NCBI GenBank assembly: GCA_039683575.1
Contig: JBDKRC010000243.1
Span: forward strand, 1 to 64,000
Direction of reading: 5' to 3'
DNA: 64,000 nt
DNA from: Armatimonadia bacterium
Lineage (GTDB): Bacteria; Armatimonadota; Zipacnadia; Zipacnadales; UBA11051
Below, piece by piece: positions 18,148 through 28,778 of this stretch. Below the pieces are notes generated by a model. That model searched no databases. It saw nothing but the letters and a program-made list of their open reading frames with translations, and was not told where the DNA came from. Position 1 is the stretch's first letter. Every line of letters starts with the position of its first letter. A program made the translations under genes and the position numbers.

Positions 18148-18924
18148 CTAGTCCGGCAGCGTCTCGTCTGCGAGGCGCTTGAGGAACAGCGCCACCACTT
18201 CAGCCCATGCCGCCCATGTCTTCTCGCCAAGATCCGCCCGCGCCAGCGACGGATCGCCAAAGGCCCCCGTCTCCGTCAGTTCTTGCGTCAGCCACACAAA
18301 CTCCGGCACGTCCGGCCGCTGTTTGGGCTTCACCATCTTCTCCCGCCGTACCAGGTGTGGCCGGTCCGCGAGCGTCTCCGAGGTCTCCCAGCGGGCCGCA
18401 TGGATGCCCGGCTGCCCCTCGGAGGGCTCGTCCTTCCAGATCTCCGGCGAGCGCTTCGCAAACTCCTGGTCACGGTGCCCGCGGAAGAGCGCGATGCGGA
18501 GTGCCTGCGTGTCCGCAAACTCCGCCACGATCTTCTCCATCCCCAGGTGCAGAGCTGGCTCATTCCCACCATGGCCGCTGACCACAGCTATCCTGCGGAA
18601 CCCATGCCGCACCACGCAGCGCAGAATGTCGGCGATTGCCGCGACATACGTTTCGGGCTGGAAGCTGATCGTCCCGGTGAAGCGCATGTGGTGCAGCGCC
18701 AGCCCAAACGGCAGCGGCGGCAGCACGACGCACCGGATGCCAAACGCGTCCAGCGCCGCCTGTGCGCCGTCCATCGCCACTTTTTCCGCAATCCGGATGT
18801 CAGTGTCCAGCGGCAGCATCGGGCCATGCTGTTCCATGGATCCAAACGGCACCACCGCAATGGCCCCGGCCTTCGCCGCCTCCCCCAACTCTTCCCAGGT
18901 ATGTTCGCCCCAAAGCAGACTCAT
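18148..18924 (-). CDS. Creatininase/mycofactocin peptidase family amidohydrolase
   Basis: PFGSMEQHGPMLPLDTD, SGHGGN, IHAARWETS, GAFGDP. Confidence 0.92.
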   Translation of the reverse strand: MSLLWGEHTWEELGEAAKAGAIAVVPFGSMEQHGPMLPLDTDIRIAEKVAMDGAQAALDAFGIRCVVLPPLPFGLALHHMRFTGTISFQPETYVAAIADILRCVVRHGFRRIAVVSGHGGNEPALHLGMEKIVAEFADTQALRIALFRGHRDQEFAKRSPEIWKDEPSEGQPGIHAARWETSETLADRPHLVRREKMVKPKQRPDVPEFVWLTQELTETGAFGDPSLARADLGEKTWAAWAEVVALFLKRLADETLPD

Positions 18925-18964
18925 GGGTTGCTCCCTACCCTACAGATCGCAGTTCATTTCGGGA

Positions 18965-18994
18965 TTCCGGCATGCGGAGCATGCCTACCACGCG
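18965..18994 (-). repeat. GTAG-type REP-like palindrome, family B, single copy
   Basis: Matches the 33420-33450 arm except for compensatory CA/TG to TG/CA stem changes. Confidence 0.8.
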
Positions 18995-19080
18995 TAGAAA
19001 TGGGTCTCTGCGCCTAACCATCCCTACCTTCATCCTGTCCACCCCGTCGTCATCCTGTGCATCCTGACAAGCTCCTGCCG

Positions 19081-20430
19081 TCAGTACCCCAACCCCGTCT
19101 TCCCTAGCGTCTCCGTGCTGACGGTCCCGTCAACCACCTTGAACAGGCTCTCATGCCGCGCCTGAACGTCCTGCTGCTCGAACGGGATGAACTGCCGCGC
19201 GTTGTACTCAAACCCCATCAGGGTATCAATCCGCGCCGCAAAGCCCGCCTCGTGCACCAGCGACAGGCCGGGGTTGGTGAGGTCCTGGAAGGTCAGCACC
19301 AGACCCTTCTCCTTCGCCTTGGCCACGTACAGCATGGCCGAAGAGTGGCCCTTGCAGGTCTTCAGGCCCACGCCCGACCAGCCAAGCTCAATCGCGAGGT
19401 CCATCCGCTCCACATCCGTCACGCCCTCATCCACCACCACGGGCTTCAGCGCCGAGACCGCGCTAAGATCATAGCGGTGCACCGTCAGGTCGCGCTCGGT
19501 CGGCTGCTCGAGGTACAGTAGCGCCTCATAGGCCATCGGCGACCGCTCCTGCAGCCGGTGGAGGTACTCCACAACCGACTCGGGGTTCGGGTTCATCTCA
19601 TTGCTATCGGTGGACAGGTAGAACTTGTCGGTGATGCCCAGCCGCGCGTAGGTGGCCTTGATGACCTCCGCCACCTGGGCGGTGCGCTCGACGTCCCAGT
19701 CGTTGTCATTGCCCCGCAGCTTCACCTTGAAGCACCGGATGCCGTCGCGCTCGATCCATTCTTCCAGACTGACGGGCAGCCCGTCCTGCGGGTCCTGATC
19801 GGTTACTTCGCCCCGGGTGAGCTTGTCCACCCCGCCGACGAGGTGGAAGATCGGCAGCCGTGGCTTGAAGGAAGGGTGGAGGTAGGCGTCGGGGTACTTG
19901 CCGAAGAACTCCGGCCCGCACCACTGCGATAGGTCATAGTTCATGAAGTCCCCGCCATAGCCGTCGTAGCTGCTGAGGCAGTTGGCATTCCCAAAAGCGT
20001 CCGTCAGCGCCGCATCCACCGGCGAGGCGCACACCAGCGCCCCCAGAATCGGCATTGGCTCGGCCAGCCCCAGCTCCCGGTCCACGCTCGCAGCGATCTC
20101 CTTCAGGTGCGGCTTGGCCTCCAGGTACAGCTCCATGGGATGCCCGTAGCGGGCATTTTCGAGCATGAACTTGCAGAACTCCTCGGCCACCCGCCGCATG
20201 GCCCTATCGCGCTCCTCATGCCCCACAACCTGCGACGGGAAGCCCCAGAGATCGGACAGGAGGATGTTGCCAAGCCCCTCCCCGCGCTTGCCCGCCCGCG
20301 TCTCCACCACCACTCGGCAGACCATGTTGGTAATAGCCGAGACGATCCCGCTCCCAAACTTCAATGGGACACGAAAGGTCGCGTCATTGAAGATAGGTTC
20401 GATTTCGAGCAGTTTGATGTCAGTAAGCAT
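19081..20430 (-). CDS. Mandelate racemase/muconate lactonizing (enolase superfamily) enzyme
   Basis: FKVKL (KxK), DSNE, YLEQP, VVVDE, LKTCKG. Confidence 0.85.
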   Translation of the reverse strand: MLTDIKLLEIEPIFNDATFRVPLKFGSGIVSAITNMVCRVVVETRAGKRGEGLGNILLSDLWGFPSQVVGHEERDRAMRRVAEEFCKFMLENARYGHPMELYLEAKPHLKEIAASVDRELGLAEPMPILGALVCASPVDAALTDAFGNANCLSSYDGYGGDFMNYDLSQWCGPEFFGKYPDAYLHPSFKPRLPIFHLVGGVDKLTRGEVTDQDPQDGLPVSLEEWIERDGIRCFKVKLRGNDNDWDVERTAQVAEVIKATYARLGITDKFYLSTDSNEMNPNPESVVEYLHRLQERSPMAYEALLYLEQPTERDLTVHRYDLSAVSALKPVVVDEGVTDVERMDLAIELGWSGVGLKTCKGHSSAMLYVAKAKEKGLVLTFQDLTNPGLSLVHEAGFAARIDTLMGFEYNARQFIPFEQQDVQARHESLFKVVDGTVSTETLGKTGLGY

Positions 20431-20522
20431 GTCGCAACTCCAGTTGGCGCACCCGCGCAAAAGCAATAGGCCTCAGGTTCGCGCCCTGAGGCCTTGTTTC
20501 CTGCCCTGTGTTGTCGCCCCTG

Positions 20523-23156
20523 TTAGTCCAGATCCGGCAAGTTCGGCGGCGTCGCCGAGGCCGGCCACTCACTCAATCGGAGGGGCGTCTTCCCGCCCGC
20601 CAGCAGCATCAGCTTGGCTGCCTTCTGGTACGTTTGGTACACCACGTACAAGTCAGCGCCGTCAGCAGCCATGATCACTTCGCCATGCTCCGTTGTGGCA
20701 ATCGGTTTGCTCTGCCCGCCCCGCAGGCTCACCCTGTAGATCGTGTTCTCCCAGGACTCGTGCGCCCAGTATGCACAGTCCTGCGCCAGGGCCAGAGCAT
20801 CCGGCTGTTCGGGGAACGATGACAGCAGTTGCCGTGGGTTGCCACCCGCGACATGCCAAAGTGACAGGCCCTTCACGTACAGCACTCCGTCCAGCCCGAC
20901 CGCCATCAGCTTGTCATCTGTCCCCGTGTCGAGGCTCTTCACAGTGCCTGACCGGAGATCCAGCCGCGAGATCTCCATACTGCTTCGGGCATGAAGCAGG
21001 GGCTTGACCAGGTACACGCTGCGCCCGTCACGTGAGAAGCTGGCGCGGTCAAAGTGATAGCCCTCCACTGCATAGCTGCGCTGCGAGCCATCAGGACGCA
21101 GCACCACCAGTTCCCCCATCCCCTCGGCCAGTGCCGACCCGTCAGGCGCCAGCGCGATTGGCACGGCATGCTTTCGCGGCCGGGGGAGCGCCCGGAAGGC
21201 ACTGTGAGCGTCAGTCACCCCACAGAATGAGCCGTTCTCCGGGCCGTTCCAGAGGTAGCTGTCAGGCTCCTCCGAACGCCTGTCATAGCCAGTGAGCGCC
21301 TGGCCCCTGGGCCCCAGCCACAATCTCCGCCCGGGTAACGTTAAGTACCTTCGTTCGTCCCGATCGACAACTATCGCCTCCTCAGTGCCGTAGCTCAGCG
21401 AGGTGGAGCTTGTCTCGAAAGCAAACAGCCTGTGCCCCTGATGCTTGCGCAACCACTCATGGTATGGCTTCATCTGCTGGGTAGCTTCAGCCGGCGACGT
21501 CTTCCAGTAAGGCCGCATCCCAGGGGCCCTACCCCCCCGCGCCTCCTGCGTCACGCCATAGGTTGCCGGTTCACAGGTGGAGCTAAAGCCAGTCGAGTCG
21601 AGCACGAAAGCGTTCAGCGGGTCAATCACCAGCTTCCCGCCCCGGATGGGGTTGGGCGGGGTCGCTCCCAGGTATGGCCCGCGCCAGCCCTTGATCTCAA
21701 CCTCGTTGCCGCTGGCATCGAGCCCCTTGGCCGGTTGCTTGCGCGCCGCGAGGTCCGCCACCGTTGCCGGGAGGCAGCCCGTGTCCGCCTGAAACAGGTC
21801 CATTGCGGTCTGTAGGGTTCCGAGCAACTCAAAGCCCGGCATACCGCCCTGCGCCACACCCACCACAAGCCCCAACGCGAGCAGCGGAGCGATCACTTTG
21901 CTACCCGGCAGGACCCTCCTCAGGATCAGGACGGTCACGGTCACGAAGCCAAGCATCACCGCCACAGGTACTCGCCAGCTATCATCTCGCCTGCGCTGCG
22001 TTGACGGGTCGAGCGGCTTGCCGCTGAGGGCCGCTGCCTGTGCCTCAGAGCCCGGCCTCAGCACCGCCATTCTCAGCAGAGCCCCGCTCGCGCGAGACGG
22101 CACCGCCCGCGCCGTGCGCCGCACCAGCACCCGGTAGTCCGCGTGGGCCGGGTCCGCGTCCGGCGCGAAGGTCAGGTCCACCATCTCCTCCGGAGCGACA
22201 AGGCCGAAGAAGCGCGAGGCTTTCGCGGTCTGCAGACCGGTCTGCCGCCCCTGCTCCCAGTCTTCGGCGCGATAGCAGAGATCGCTGTACGGAAATGGCG
22301 GATTGCCGCTGAACTCGCACATTAGCCGCGTAGGATTGCGGGTCATCTTCCGCCGCAGGTCGCCATAGGTCTCATTGCGCCGTAGCGTGACCTTCTCGGT
22401 CAGCCAGACCGCCGGAATCGTCTTGCACGTGTAGGGCTGGTCGGCGATGACGCACAGGAGCAGCGCAGTCAGCGGTGGTGCGCTCACCCGCGATACCGTC
22501 AGCGGGTAGACCAGCCCCTCGGCAGGGCACTTGAAGCGGAGTCCCAGCGGCGCTACCTCCGTGAGGACGCCCTGCGCTCGCGCCCGCTTCTCCTGCATCT
22601 TCAGCGCCACGAACACCCAGCCGCGCCGTACGTAGTCGTCAAGCACCGGCTGCGCCTCGGCTGGCAGATGGTACTGGTTCTTAGCCAGCCATTTCTGGAG
22701 TTCATCGCCCCGCGTGGCCGCCAGCACCACCGCGTGATAGTCTCCCACGTCCTTCTCCTCCAGCACCTGCACGGGCGGCGGTGGCCCTGCTGCGCCGGGG
22801 GCCGCAGGCAGGCTTCCAGAGGCAGTTGGGACGGTGTAACCGGGCCGGTTGAACCTCGTGACAACCACCGGTTCGGTGCCTTTGAAGGTCTCGGTGACGA
22901 AGGCTGGCTCGGCAGGGAACATCTCGGAGGGTTTCGAGGGGACGGGAACGACCCAGGCAAAGCGGTCGGCGGGGCCGTGGTAGGTAGTCTGCAGCAGCAG
23001 CACCTCGTCGGTGCCCTCGCGGATCATGATGCCCTTCTGGGCCGCGGAAGAGGGGCGCATGGCAGAGAAGTCCGGGCCAGGCAGGAACATTCCGTCGGCC
23101 AACGCCGGTGCGACAAGACAACTCAGCAGCAGTACAGCTACAGGCAGTCTGGTCAT
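20523..23156 (-). CDS. Multidomain membrane protein: DUF2330-like, TM segments, GspG-like pseudopilin domain, beta-propeller
   Basis: ADG..; FAWVVPVP; YVRRGWVFVALK; later AMDLFQADTGCLP...WRGPYL...PPNP; APDGS/FSRDGRSVY repeats. Confidence 0.7.
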   Translation of the reverse strand: MTRLPVAVLLLSCLVAPALADGMFLPGPDFSAMRPSSAAQKGIMIREGTDEVLLLQTTYHGPADRFAWVVPVPSKPSEMFPAEPAFVTETFKGTEPVVVTRFNRPGYTVPTASGSLPAAPGAAGPPPPVQVLEEKDVGDYHAVVLAATRGDELQKWLAKNQYHLPAEAQPVLDDYVRRGWVFVALKMQEKRARAQGVLTEVAPLGLRFKCPAEGLVYPLTVSRVSAPPLTALLLCVIADQPYTCKTIPAVWLTEKVTLRRNETYGDLRRKMTRNPTRLMCEFSGNPPFPYSDLCYRAEDWEQGRQTGLQTAKASRFFGLVAPEEMVDLTFAPDADPAHADYRVLVRRTARAVPSRASGALLRMAVLRPGSEAQAAALSGKPLDPSTQRRRDDSWRVPVAVMLGFVTVTVLILRRVLPGSKVIAPLLALGLVVGVAQGGMPGFELLGTLQTAMDLFQADTGCLPATVADLAARKQPAKGLDASGNEVEIKGWRGPYLGATPPNPIRGGKLVIDPLNAFVLDSTGFSSTCEPATYGVTQEARGGRAPGMRPYWKTSPAEATQQMKPYHEWLRKHQGHRLFAFETSSTSLSYGTEEAIVVDRDERRYLTLPGRRLWLGPRGQALTGYDRRSEEPDSYLWNGPENGSFCGVTDAHSAFRALPRPRKHAVPIALAPDGSALAEGMGELVVLRPDGSQRSYAVEGYHFDRASFSRDGRSVYLVKPLLHARSSMEISRLDLRSGTVKSLDTGTDDKLMAVGLDGVLYVKGLSLWHVAGGNPRQLLSSFPEQPDALALAQDCAYWAHESWENTIYRVSLRGGQSKPIATTEHGEVIMAADGADLYVVYQTYQKAAKLMLLAGGKTPLRLSEWPASATPPNLPDLD

Positions 23157-23259
23157 GACGTTCCCCCAGGTGGCGTTTGTAGCGGCTCTCGCGGTTCTAT
23201 GACATTTGTGGTGGTCAGGAGGTCCCCCCTGGTCAGCATCTGCGTTCGGTTAGCTCCGG

Positions 23260-24261
23260 TTACCAGCGCCCCTTACCGTAAATGTGCAGCCTCACCTCGG
23301 AGCCAGCGTGGATGAAGTCGAAGGTAAAGCCCCTGTACGCAGCGGTGTACTTGCCCAGGTCGGGAAACATGGGGTCTGGATCAGGCTTCAGACGCCCCGC
23401 CCATTCCGGCCGCAGGTGTGCCTGCTCGATCAGCCTCGCCACGGTGGACGGAGCGCCATTCCCCTGCTCCGCTGGATAGCGCATGATAACGTTCACGTCG
23501 CCGACATCCATTTCCCGCGCCGCTCCAGCCTTCACGGGCAGTGTGCGCCTGGCCTCGATGCTCATCTCAACCCGCGTGCCTGTGCCGCCACCGGGCATCT
23601 GCCCCTGGCCGATAAGCCGGATAGCCCGCCGCTCCATCGCCAGCCCCGCAGCCCCCACCGGGGGCCATGTGACCTGCACGGGCGCGGCGAACAGGTCTTC
23701 GCGCAGAAGGCGTTCCACTTGCTGTTGGAGGGCCGCCCTCTCGCGCGCCACTACCGACGTTGTCTGGCTCACGCTCCATGACCAGCCTGCACAGGCCAGC
23801 AGCAGTGCGGCCACGCCCGCGTAACGCATCATCGCAACGGTGCGGGGGCCCGCCGTCCTGGCAGACTTGCCTATCAGCCCCAGAACCACCACCGCCGGCG
23901 CGATTCCGGCCATGAACATCGACGCCAGCCTCAGGATGAGCCAGGTTCTCTCGGAGGTCGTGTCTATCCCTTGCAGCAGAATGAAGGCACCGCCGTTTAT
24001 GATGAGCAGTGCCGGCAGACCCGCTGCAAACGGCAGCCGTGGCGATATCAGCCCGCTCACCACAGCGGCAAGGGTGTTGGCAAAGAGAAACGGGAGTATG
24101 AGCCCCGATCCGGGAAACTCCGGCGCCCCCTGGAGCAGACTGCCCAGGAGGTAGATGGCGGCCGGCCACATCACAAGCCCGGCCAGGATGCCCAGAGCGG
24201 TGTACCAGGCAGAATCCCGCTCGTCCGCTGTTGCGTTAGCTGCGACTGTCTCGTCCGCCAT
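23260..24261 (-). CDS. Hypothetical membrane protein (about 5 TM plus soluble C-terminal domain)
   Basis: Hydrophobic N-terminal half; co-oriented with neighbours. Confidence 0.7.
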   Translation of the reverse strand: MADETVAANATADERDSAWYTALGILAGLVMWPAAIYLLGSLLQGAPEFPGSGLILPFLFANTLAAVVSGLISPRLPFAAGLPALLIINGGAFILLQGIDTTSERTWLILRLASMFMAGIAPAVVVLGLIGKSARTAGPRTVAMMRYAGVAALLLACAGWSWSVSQTTSVVARERAALQQQVERLLREDLFAAPVQVTWPPVGAAGLAMERRAIRLIGQGQMPGGGTGTRVEMSIEARRTLPVKAGAAREMDVGDVNVIMRYPAEQGNGAPSTVARLIEQAHLRPEWAGRLKPDPDPMFPDLGKYTAAYRGFTFDFIHAGSEVRLHIYGKGRW

Positions 24262-24270
24262 TCAGTCCCC

Positions 24271-25491
24271 CTAGCTCAGCTCCGCCCCTCCTACCACCGC
24301 CGCCTTGTCTACCGCCTTCCCCTCCTTGATCCAGGCCTGCGCCACCGCTGCCTCGGCGTCGTGACGATCCGTGAAGGTGACCATCGCCCCGAGCAGCTTG
24401 CCATCCTTGAGCCACCAGGCACTGAAATCCGCGCTTTCAGGGTCTCCGCGGTAGATTACCTCATCCGCGCCCTTGAACTCGCCCCAAAACTCCCATGACA
24501 GGTCGTAGACATCCGACCACACGAGCGCGAGGTAGTCGTAGGGCTTCGTCTCGCCCATTAGCATGTGGGCGAGGTGCCGGCCACTGACGCGGGCATGTTC
24601 CTCGTGCTCGACATGGCGATGGGTGCCCAGATACATGTCCGGGTAGCTCACCACGTCCCCACCCGCGTATACCCCGGCTGCGCTGGTCTGCAGCGTCTCA
24701 TCCACCCAGACAGCGTTGCCGTCGAGGCGCAACCCGGCTGCGTTGGCGAGGTCCAGGTCCGGGTAGACGCCAACGGCCACCAGCGCCATGTCGGCTTCGA
24801 TCACAGTGCCGTCGGAGAGCTTCACGCCCTCCAGCTTGCCCTGTCCCGTGAAGCCCGCCACGCCCGCCTGGGACCGCAGAGCTACGCCGTGGTCGCGAAA
24901 GCGCCCCTCATATATCGCCGAGAGCCGCTCGGGCAGGAAGAAGTCGAGCAGACGCTCCTCGCGGTACAGTACCGTCGTCTCTATCCCCATGTCCCCCAGC
25001 CGCGAGGCGCACTCGCTGCCGATGAAGCCTCCACCGATGACCGCGAGTTTCCTCGCCTGCTTCGCCCGCTCTTTGAGCCTGTCGCAGTCTTCCAGGGTGC
25101 GCAGGTACAGCACGCCGTCGAGGTCCGTTCCGGGCAGATCAAGCCGCCGGACCTTCGAGCCTGTCGAGAGCACCAGATTGTCATAGCCGATGACGTCGCC
25201 GTCCTCGAGTGTCAGTTCTTTCTTTTGCGGATCAAGCCCGGTCACCCGCGTCTGCAGCCGCACCTCGATGCCATTCTCCTCGTAGAAGCCCTCCTTGTTC
25301 ACGTACACCTTCTCAAGAGGCTTCTTATCGATCAGATAGTCCTTCGACAGCGGCGGGCGGGCGTAGGGGAGAGTGCTGTCAGCCGATATCAGGCAGACCT
25401 CGCCCTTCGGCACCCCGAGCTTGCCCATCTCCTTCAGGCAGAATCCGCCAACCATCCCGCCACCGACGATGACCTTCGCAAACCGTTCCAT
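24271..25491 (-). CDS. FAD/NAD(P)-dependent oxidoreductase (ferredoxin reductase/MDAR-like)
   Basis: VIVGGG, PYARPPLSK, VIGGGFIGSE, GVYAGGD, WSDVYD. Confidence 0.92.
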   Translation of the reverse strand: MERFAKVIVGGGMVGGFCLKEMGKLGVPKGEVCLISADSTLPYARPPLSKDYLIDKKPLEKVYVNKEGFYEENGIEVRLQTRVTGLDPQKKELTLEDGDVIGYDNLVLSTGSKVRRLDLPGTDLDGVLYLRTLEDCDRLKERAKQARKLAVIGGGFIGSECASRLGDMGIETTVLYREERLLDFFLPERLSAIYEGRFRDHGVALRSQAGVAGFTGQGKLEGVKLSDGTVIEADMALVAVGVYPDLDLANAAGLRLDGNAVWVDETLQTSAAGVYAGGDVVSYPDMYLGTHRHVEHEEHARVSGRHLAHMLMGETKPYDYLALVWSDVYDLSWEFWGEFKGADEVIYRGDPESADFSAWWLKDGKLLGAMVTFTDRHDAEAAVAQAWIKEGKAVDKAAVVGGAELS

Positions 25492-25616
25492 TCTCACACC
25501 TCGTTCCAGATGCTCACTACGATCCTCAACCTACCGTTGTACAATCCATCATTCCATCCCAAGGACAGTTTTCCCTTTTGTAAGGTTTCCGCCATGGGCG
25601 TGCCGAACTACCCGTC

Positions 25617-26543
25617 ATGCGCGTGACGATGATCGTCAATCCACGATCTGGACGGGGCCACAGCAGCCGTGTGGCGGGCCAGGTCGCGGGTACGCTTCGT
25701 GCCGCGGGCTGGGAGGTCGAGATTGCCGTCACCACGGCTCCGGAGCACGCTGAGACCCTCGCCCGCGAGGCCGCCTCGGATACCGATCTCGTCGTCGCCT
25801 GTGGCGGCGACGGCACCCTGTCCGAGGTCCTGAATGGTCTGTTCGGGACCGATGTCCCCGCGGCGCTGCTCCCGGTGGGCACCGGCAACGATTTTGCCCG
25901 CACTCTCGGGCTGCCCCGCGATCCCGGCGAGGCGGCTTTTGCCCTGCTGCGTGGCGCTGAACGCCGTGTGGACCTGCTGCAGGTCGTGGAAACCGGTCGC
26001 GTCGCGATCAACGTCATGGGCGTCGGCTTCGATGCCACGGTGGCTGCCACAATGAACCGCCACACCCGCCGTGGCGGCCTTGGCGCCTATCTGCTCGCCG
26101 TCCTGATCGAGCTGGGGCGCTACCGGATGACCGACCTCTCGCTGCAGATAGATGGGGAGCAATGGGCAGGCCCTGCCCTCCTCATCGCCGTTGCGAACGC
26201 CCAGTCCTACGGCGCCGGCATGCGCATCGCGCCGCGCGCCTCGGTCACGGACGGCTTGCTCGATGTTGTCCTCGTGGAGCCCATGAACCGCCTTGGCTTT
26301 CTTTGCACCTTGCCGAAGGTCTTCACCGGTCGCCACGTGAACCATCCCGCCGTGCGTTACTGGCAAGCCCGCGAGGTCACGCTGAGAACCTCTGAGCCTG
26401 TCCCGGTGTTGATAGATGGGGACTTGCGCGGCGAGACCCCGGTAACCATACGAGTGTTGCCGCAGGCTGCCCGCCTGTGGCTGCCAGACCAAACTTCCCC
26501 TCCGCGTAGTGCGGGCGTCTCGCCCGCCGTCCGAGGGGCCTAG
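25617..26543 (+). CDS. Diacylglycerol kinase family lipid kinase (YegS/BmrU-like)
   Basis: IVNPRSG, GGDGTLSEV, PVGTGNDFAR, YGAG, DGLLDV, IDGD. Confidence 0.93.
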   Translation: MRVTMIVNPRSGRGHSSRVAGQVAGTLRAAGWEVEIAVTTAPEHAETLAREAASDTDLVVACGGDGTLSEVLNGLFGTDVPAALLPVGTGNDFARTLGLPRDPGEAAFALLRGAERRVDLLQVVETGRVAINVMGVGFDATVAATMNRHTRRGGLGAYLLAVLIELGRYRMTDLSLQIDGEQWAGPALLIAVANAQSYGAGMRIAPRASVTDGLLDVVLVEPMNRLGFLCTLPKVFTGRHVNHPAVRYWQAREVTLRTSEPVPVLIDGDLRGETPVTIRVLPQAARLWLPDQTSPPRSAGVSPAVRGA

Positions 26544-26554
26544 TAGGAGTAGAC

Positions 26555-28699
26555 ATGCGATTTCTCTGGATCGGACTGATGCTGATGGCTATCACCCTCC
26601 CGGCGCTTGCACAGCAGAGCCCCTGGCCCCCGCGCGAGTACCTCCTCAAGAGCCTCGTGGACGGCATTGAGCCTATTCTGAAGAGCCAGGATCCGGCCAC
26701 GGGCCGCTTTGGCACCCAGCCCTGGATTTGCCTTGACCAGAACGTGCTCTTGCCGCTCGCCGCCGCGTGGGCCATCGAGGACAAGGCTAATCCCTGGTAC
26801 CACAGCGACCGCGTCCTCACCGCCATCGCCAAGGGCGGCGAGGCCTTGGTGGATGATCAGGATGCCAACGGCATGTGGACCTTCCGCAAGAAGGACAACT
26901 CAACCTGGGGCCAGATTCACATGCCCTGGACCTACAGCCGCTGGATCCGCGCCTACGTGCTCGTCAAGGACGCCCTGCCGCCCGAATCCCGCGCGAAGTG
27001 GGACAAGGGCCTGCTCCTGGGCTTCACCGGCATTCGCAGATATGCCGATGGCGGCGTCCACAACATCCCCACGCACCACGCCATGGCCCTCTACATTGCC
27101 GGCGTCGCGTTCAATAACGATGACTGGAAGCAAGCCGCCCAGAAGTTCATGGCCAAGGTCGTCGAAAAGCAGGACCCGGCTGGCTTCTGGTCCGAGAACT
27201 TCGGCCCTGTGATCGGCTACAATGAGGTCTACGTGGATGCTCTCGGCGTCTACTACAGCTTCTCCAAGGACCCCGTCGTGCTTACGGCGCTCCAGCGCAG
27301 CGCCCGCTTCCACTCCGCCGTGCTCTGGCCCGACGGCTCGTCGCTGGCCTGCATAGACGAGCGCCAGGTCTACCACCCGGGGATCGAGACGGGCACCGTG
27401 GGCTTCACCTGGACCCCGGAGGGCCGAGGCTACCTCCAGCAGCAGATGGGCCTGTACATGGCCACACGCCCCACGACGGGCTCTGATTACGCTGCCAACA
27501 TGCTTCTCTACGGCGGCACTGGCGAGGCCATCAAGCCCGCCGCGGCCGGCGACAAGGCTGTGGCCTACATTGGCGACCGCAATGCCGTCATCGTGCGCGA
27601 TAAGCCCTGGCAATGGGCCTTCTCGGCCTATGCCTGCCCGGTGCCCAAAAATCGCTGGGTACAGGATCGTCATAACCTCGTGGACATCTACTGTGATGGC
27701 CTCGGCGTTGTCGCCGGTGGCGGCAATACCAAGCTCCAGCCCTACTGGTCCACCTTCACCGTCGGCGATCCGGAGCTACTCAAGCACACCCCCGGCGACG
27801 AGAACCCCAACTTCGCGCCTGAGATTGACCTGCTCTGGACCCCGACCTCGGCCGAGCTGTCTGGCGAGGGCTCTCAGCAGACCCTCAAGCTCAAGTATGG
27901 CGAGACCGCCTGCAGCGTCAGTTGCGAGCCCCTCAAGGACGGCGCCCTCCGCGTCACTTACGAGGCTCCCGCCGATAAGCGCGTCGAAGCCCACCTGCCA
28001 CTCTACAAACGTGGCGGCAGAATCCGCACCGCTACCGGCCAGAACCTCCGTCTCACCGAAGAGTCCCTGGTCCTCACCAGCGCCCAGGTTGGCGACTGGT
28101 TCGTCTACGCCGGCCTCCGCGTCACCATGCCGGCGGGCGCGCGGTTGCTATGGCCCATGTTCCAGCATGACCCGTACAAGAAGGATGGTAGCTCGGGCCT
28201 CGGCGCCGCCAAGCTCGTTCTCGCGATGCCCTTCACCGGCGGCAAGAACCGCCAGGAAGTCACCCTCTCCCGCCCACCACAAGAGCAGTTCCCCGGCCGG
28301 GTCTTCGAAGCCCGCGATATGAAGTGCACCGTCACCGGTGACGGGTATACGAAGCGTCTCGACGACCTGGGCTCCCAACTCCTGGGCACCAGACAGCCCG
28401 GAGCGGCGCTCAGCTTCACCCTCCCGGGCCTCAAGGCCGGGAAGTACGAGCTTCTCGCTGAGTTCGTCATGGCCTCAATGTACGGGACGGCGCAGATCAG
28501 TGTGGATGGCAAAGCAGTGGGCGAAGTCTTCGACGCCTATGGGCCGGATGTGGACACTGAAGGCGACCGCATTTCCTTCGGCACGGTCGACCTGACCGCG
28601 GGGGACCATGTGGTAACGATGCAGATGACGGGCAAGAACGCCAAATCAACGGGCTACCTGCTCAGCGTGAAGCGCTGGCTTCTGCGGCCTGTGAAGTGA
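26555..28699 (+). CDS. Secreted hypothetical protein with alpha/alpha-toroid-like N-part and C-terminal CBM-like module
   Basis: Signal peptide; SD AGGAG; C-terminal GTVDLTAGDHVVTM..TGKN jelly-roll pattern. Confidence 0.75.
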   Translation: MRFLWIGLMLMAITLPALAQQSPWPPREYLLKSLVDGIEPILKSQDPATGRFGTQPWICLDQNVLLPLAAAWAIEDKANPWYHSDRVLTAIAKGGEALVDDQDANGMWTFRKKDNSTWGQIHMPWTYSRWIRAYVLVKDALPPESRAKWDKGLLLGFTGIRRYADGGVHNIPTHHAMALYIAGVAFNNDDWKQAAQKFMAKVVEKQDPAGFWSENFGPVIGYNEVYVDALGVYYSFSKDPVVLTALQRSARFHSAVLWPDGSSLACIDERQVYHPGIETGTVGFTWTPEGRGYLQQQMGLYMATRPTTGSDYAANMLLYGGTGEAIKPAAAGDKAVAYIGDRNAVIVRDKPWQWAFSAYACPVPKNRWVQDRHNLVDIYCDGLGVVAGGGNTKLQPYWSTFTVGDPELLKHTPGDENPNFAPEIDLLWTPTSAELSGEGSQQTLKLKYGETACSVSCEPLKDGALRVTYEAPADKRVEAHLPLYKRGGRIRTATGQNLRLTEESLVLTSAQVGDWFVYAGLRVTMPAGARLLWPMFQHDPYKKDGSSGLGAAKLVLAMPFTGGKNRQEVTLSRPPQEQFPGRVFEARDMKCTVTGDGYTKRLDDLGSQLLGTRQPGAALSFTLPGLKAGKYELLAEFVMASMYGTAQISVDGKAVGEVFDAYGPDVDTEGDRISFGTVDLTAGDHVVTMQMTGKNAKSTGYLLSVKRWLLRPVK

Positions 28700-28778
28700 G
28701 AAAGAGGGAATATTCCGGCTACTTACTGCATTGACCCGTGGAGTAAGCTCAACTAACTGCTTCACGGGAGGGTTTCGT

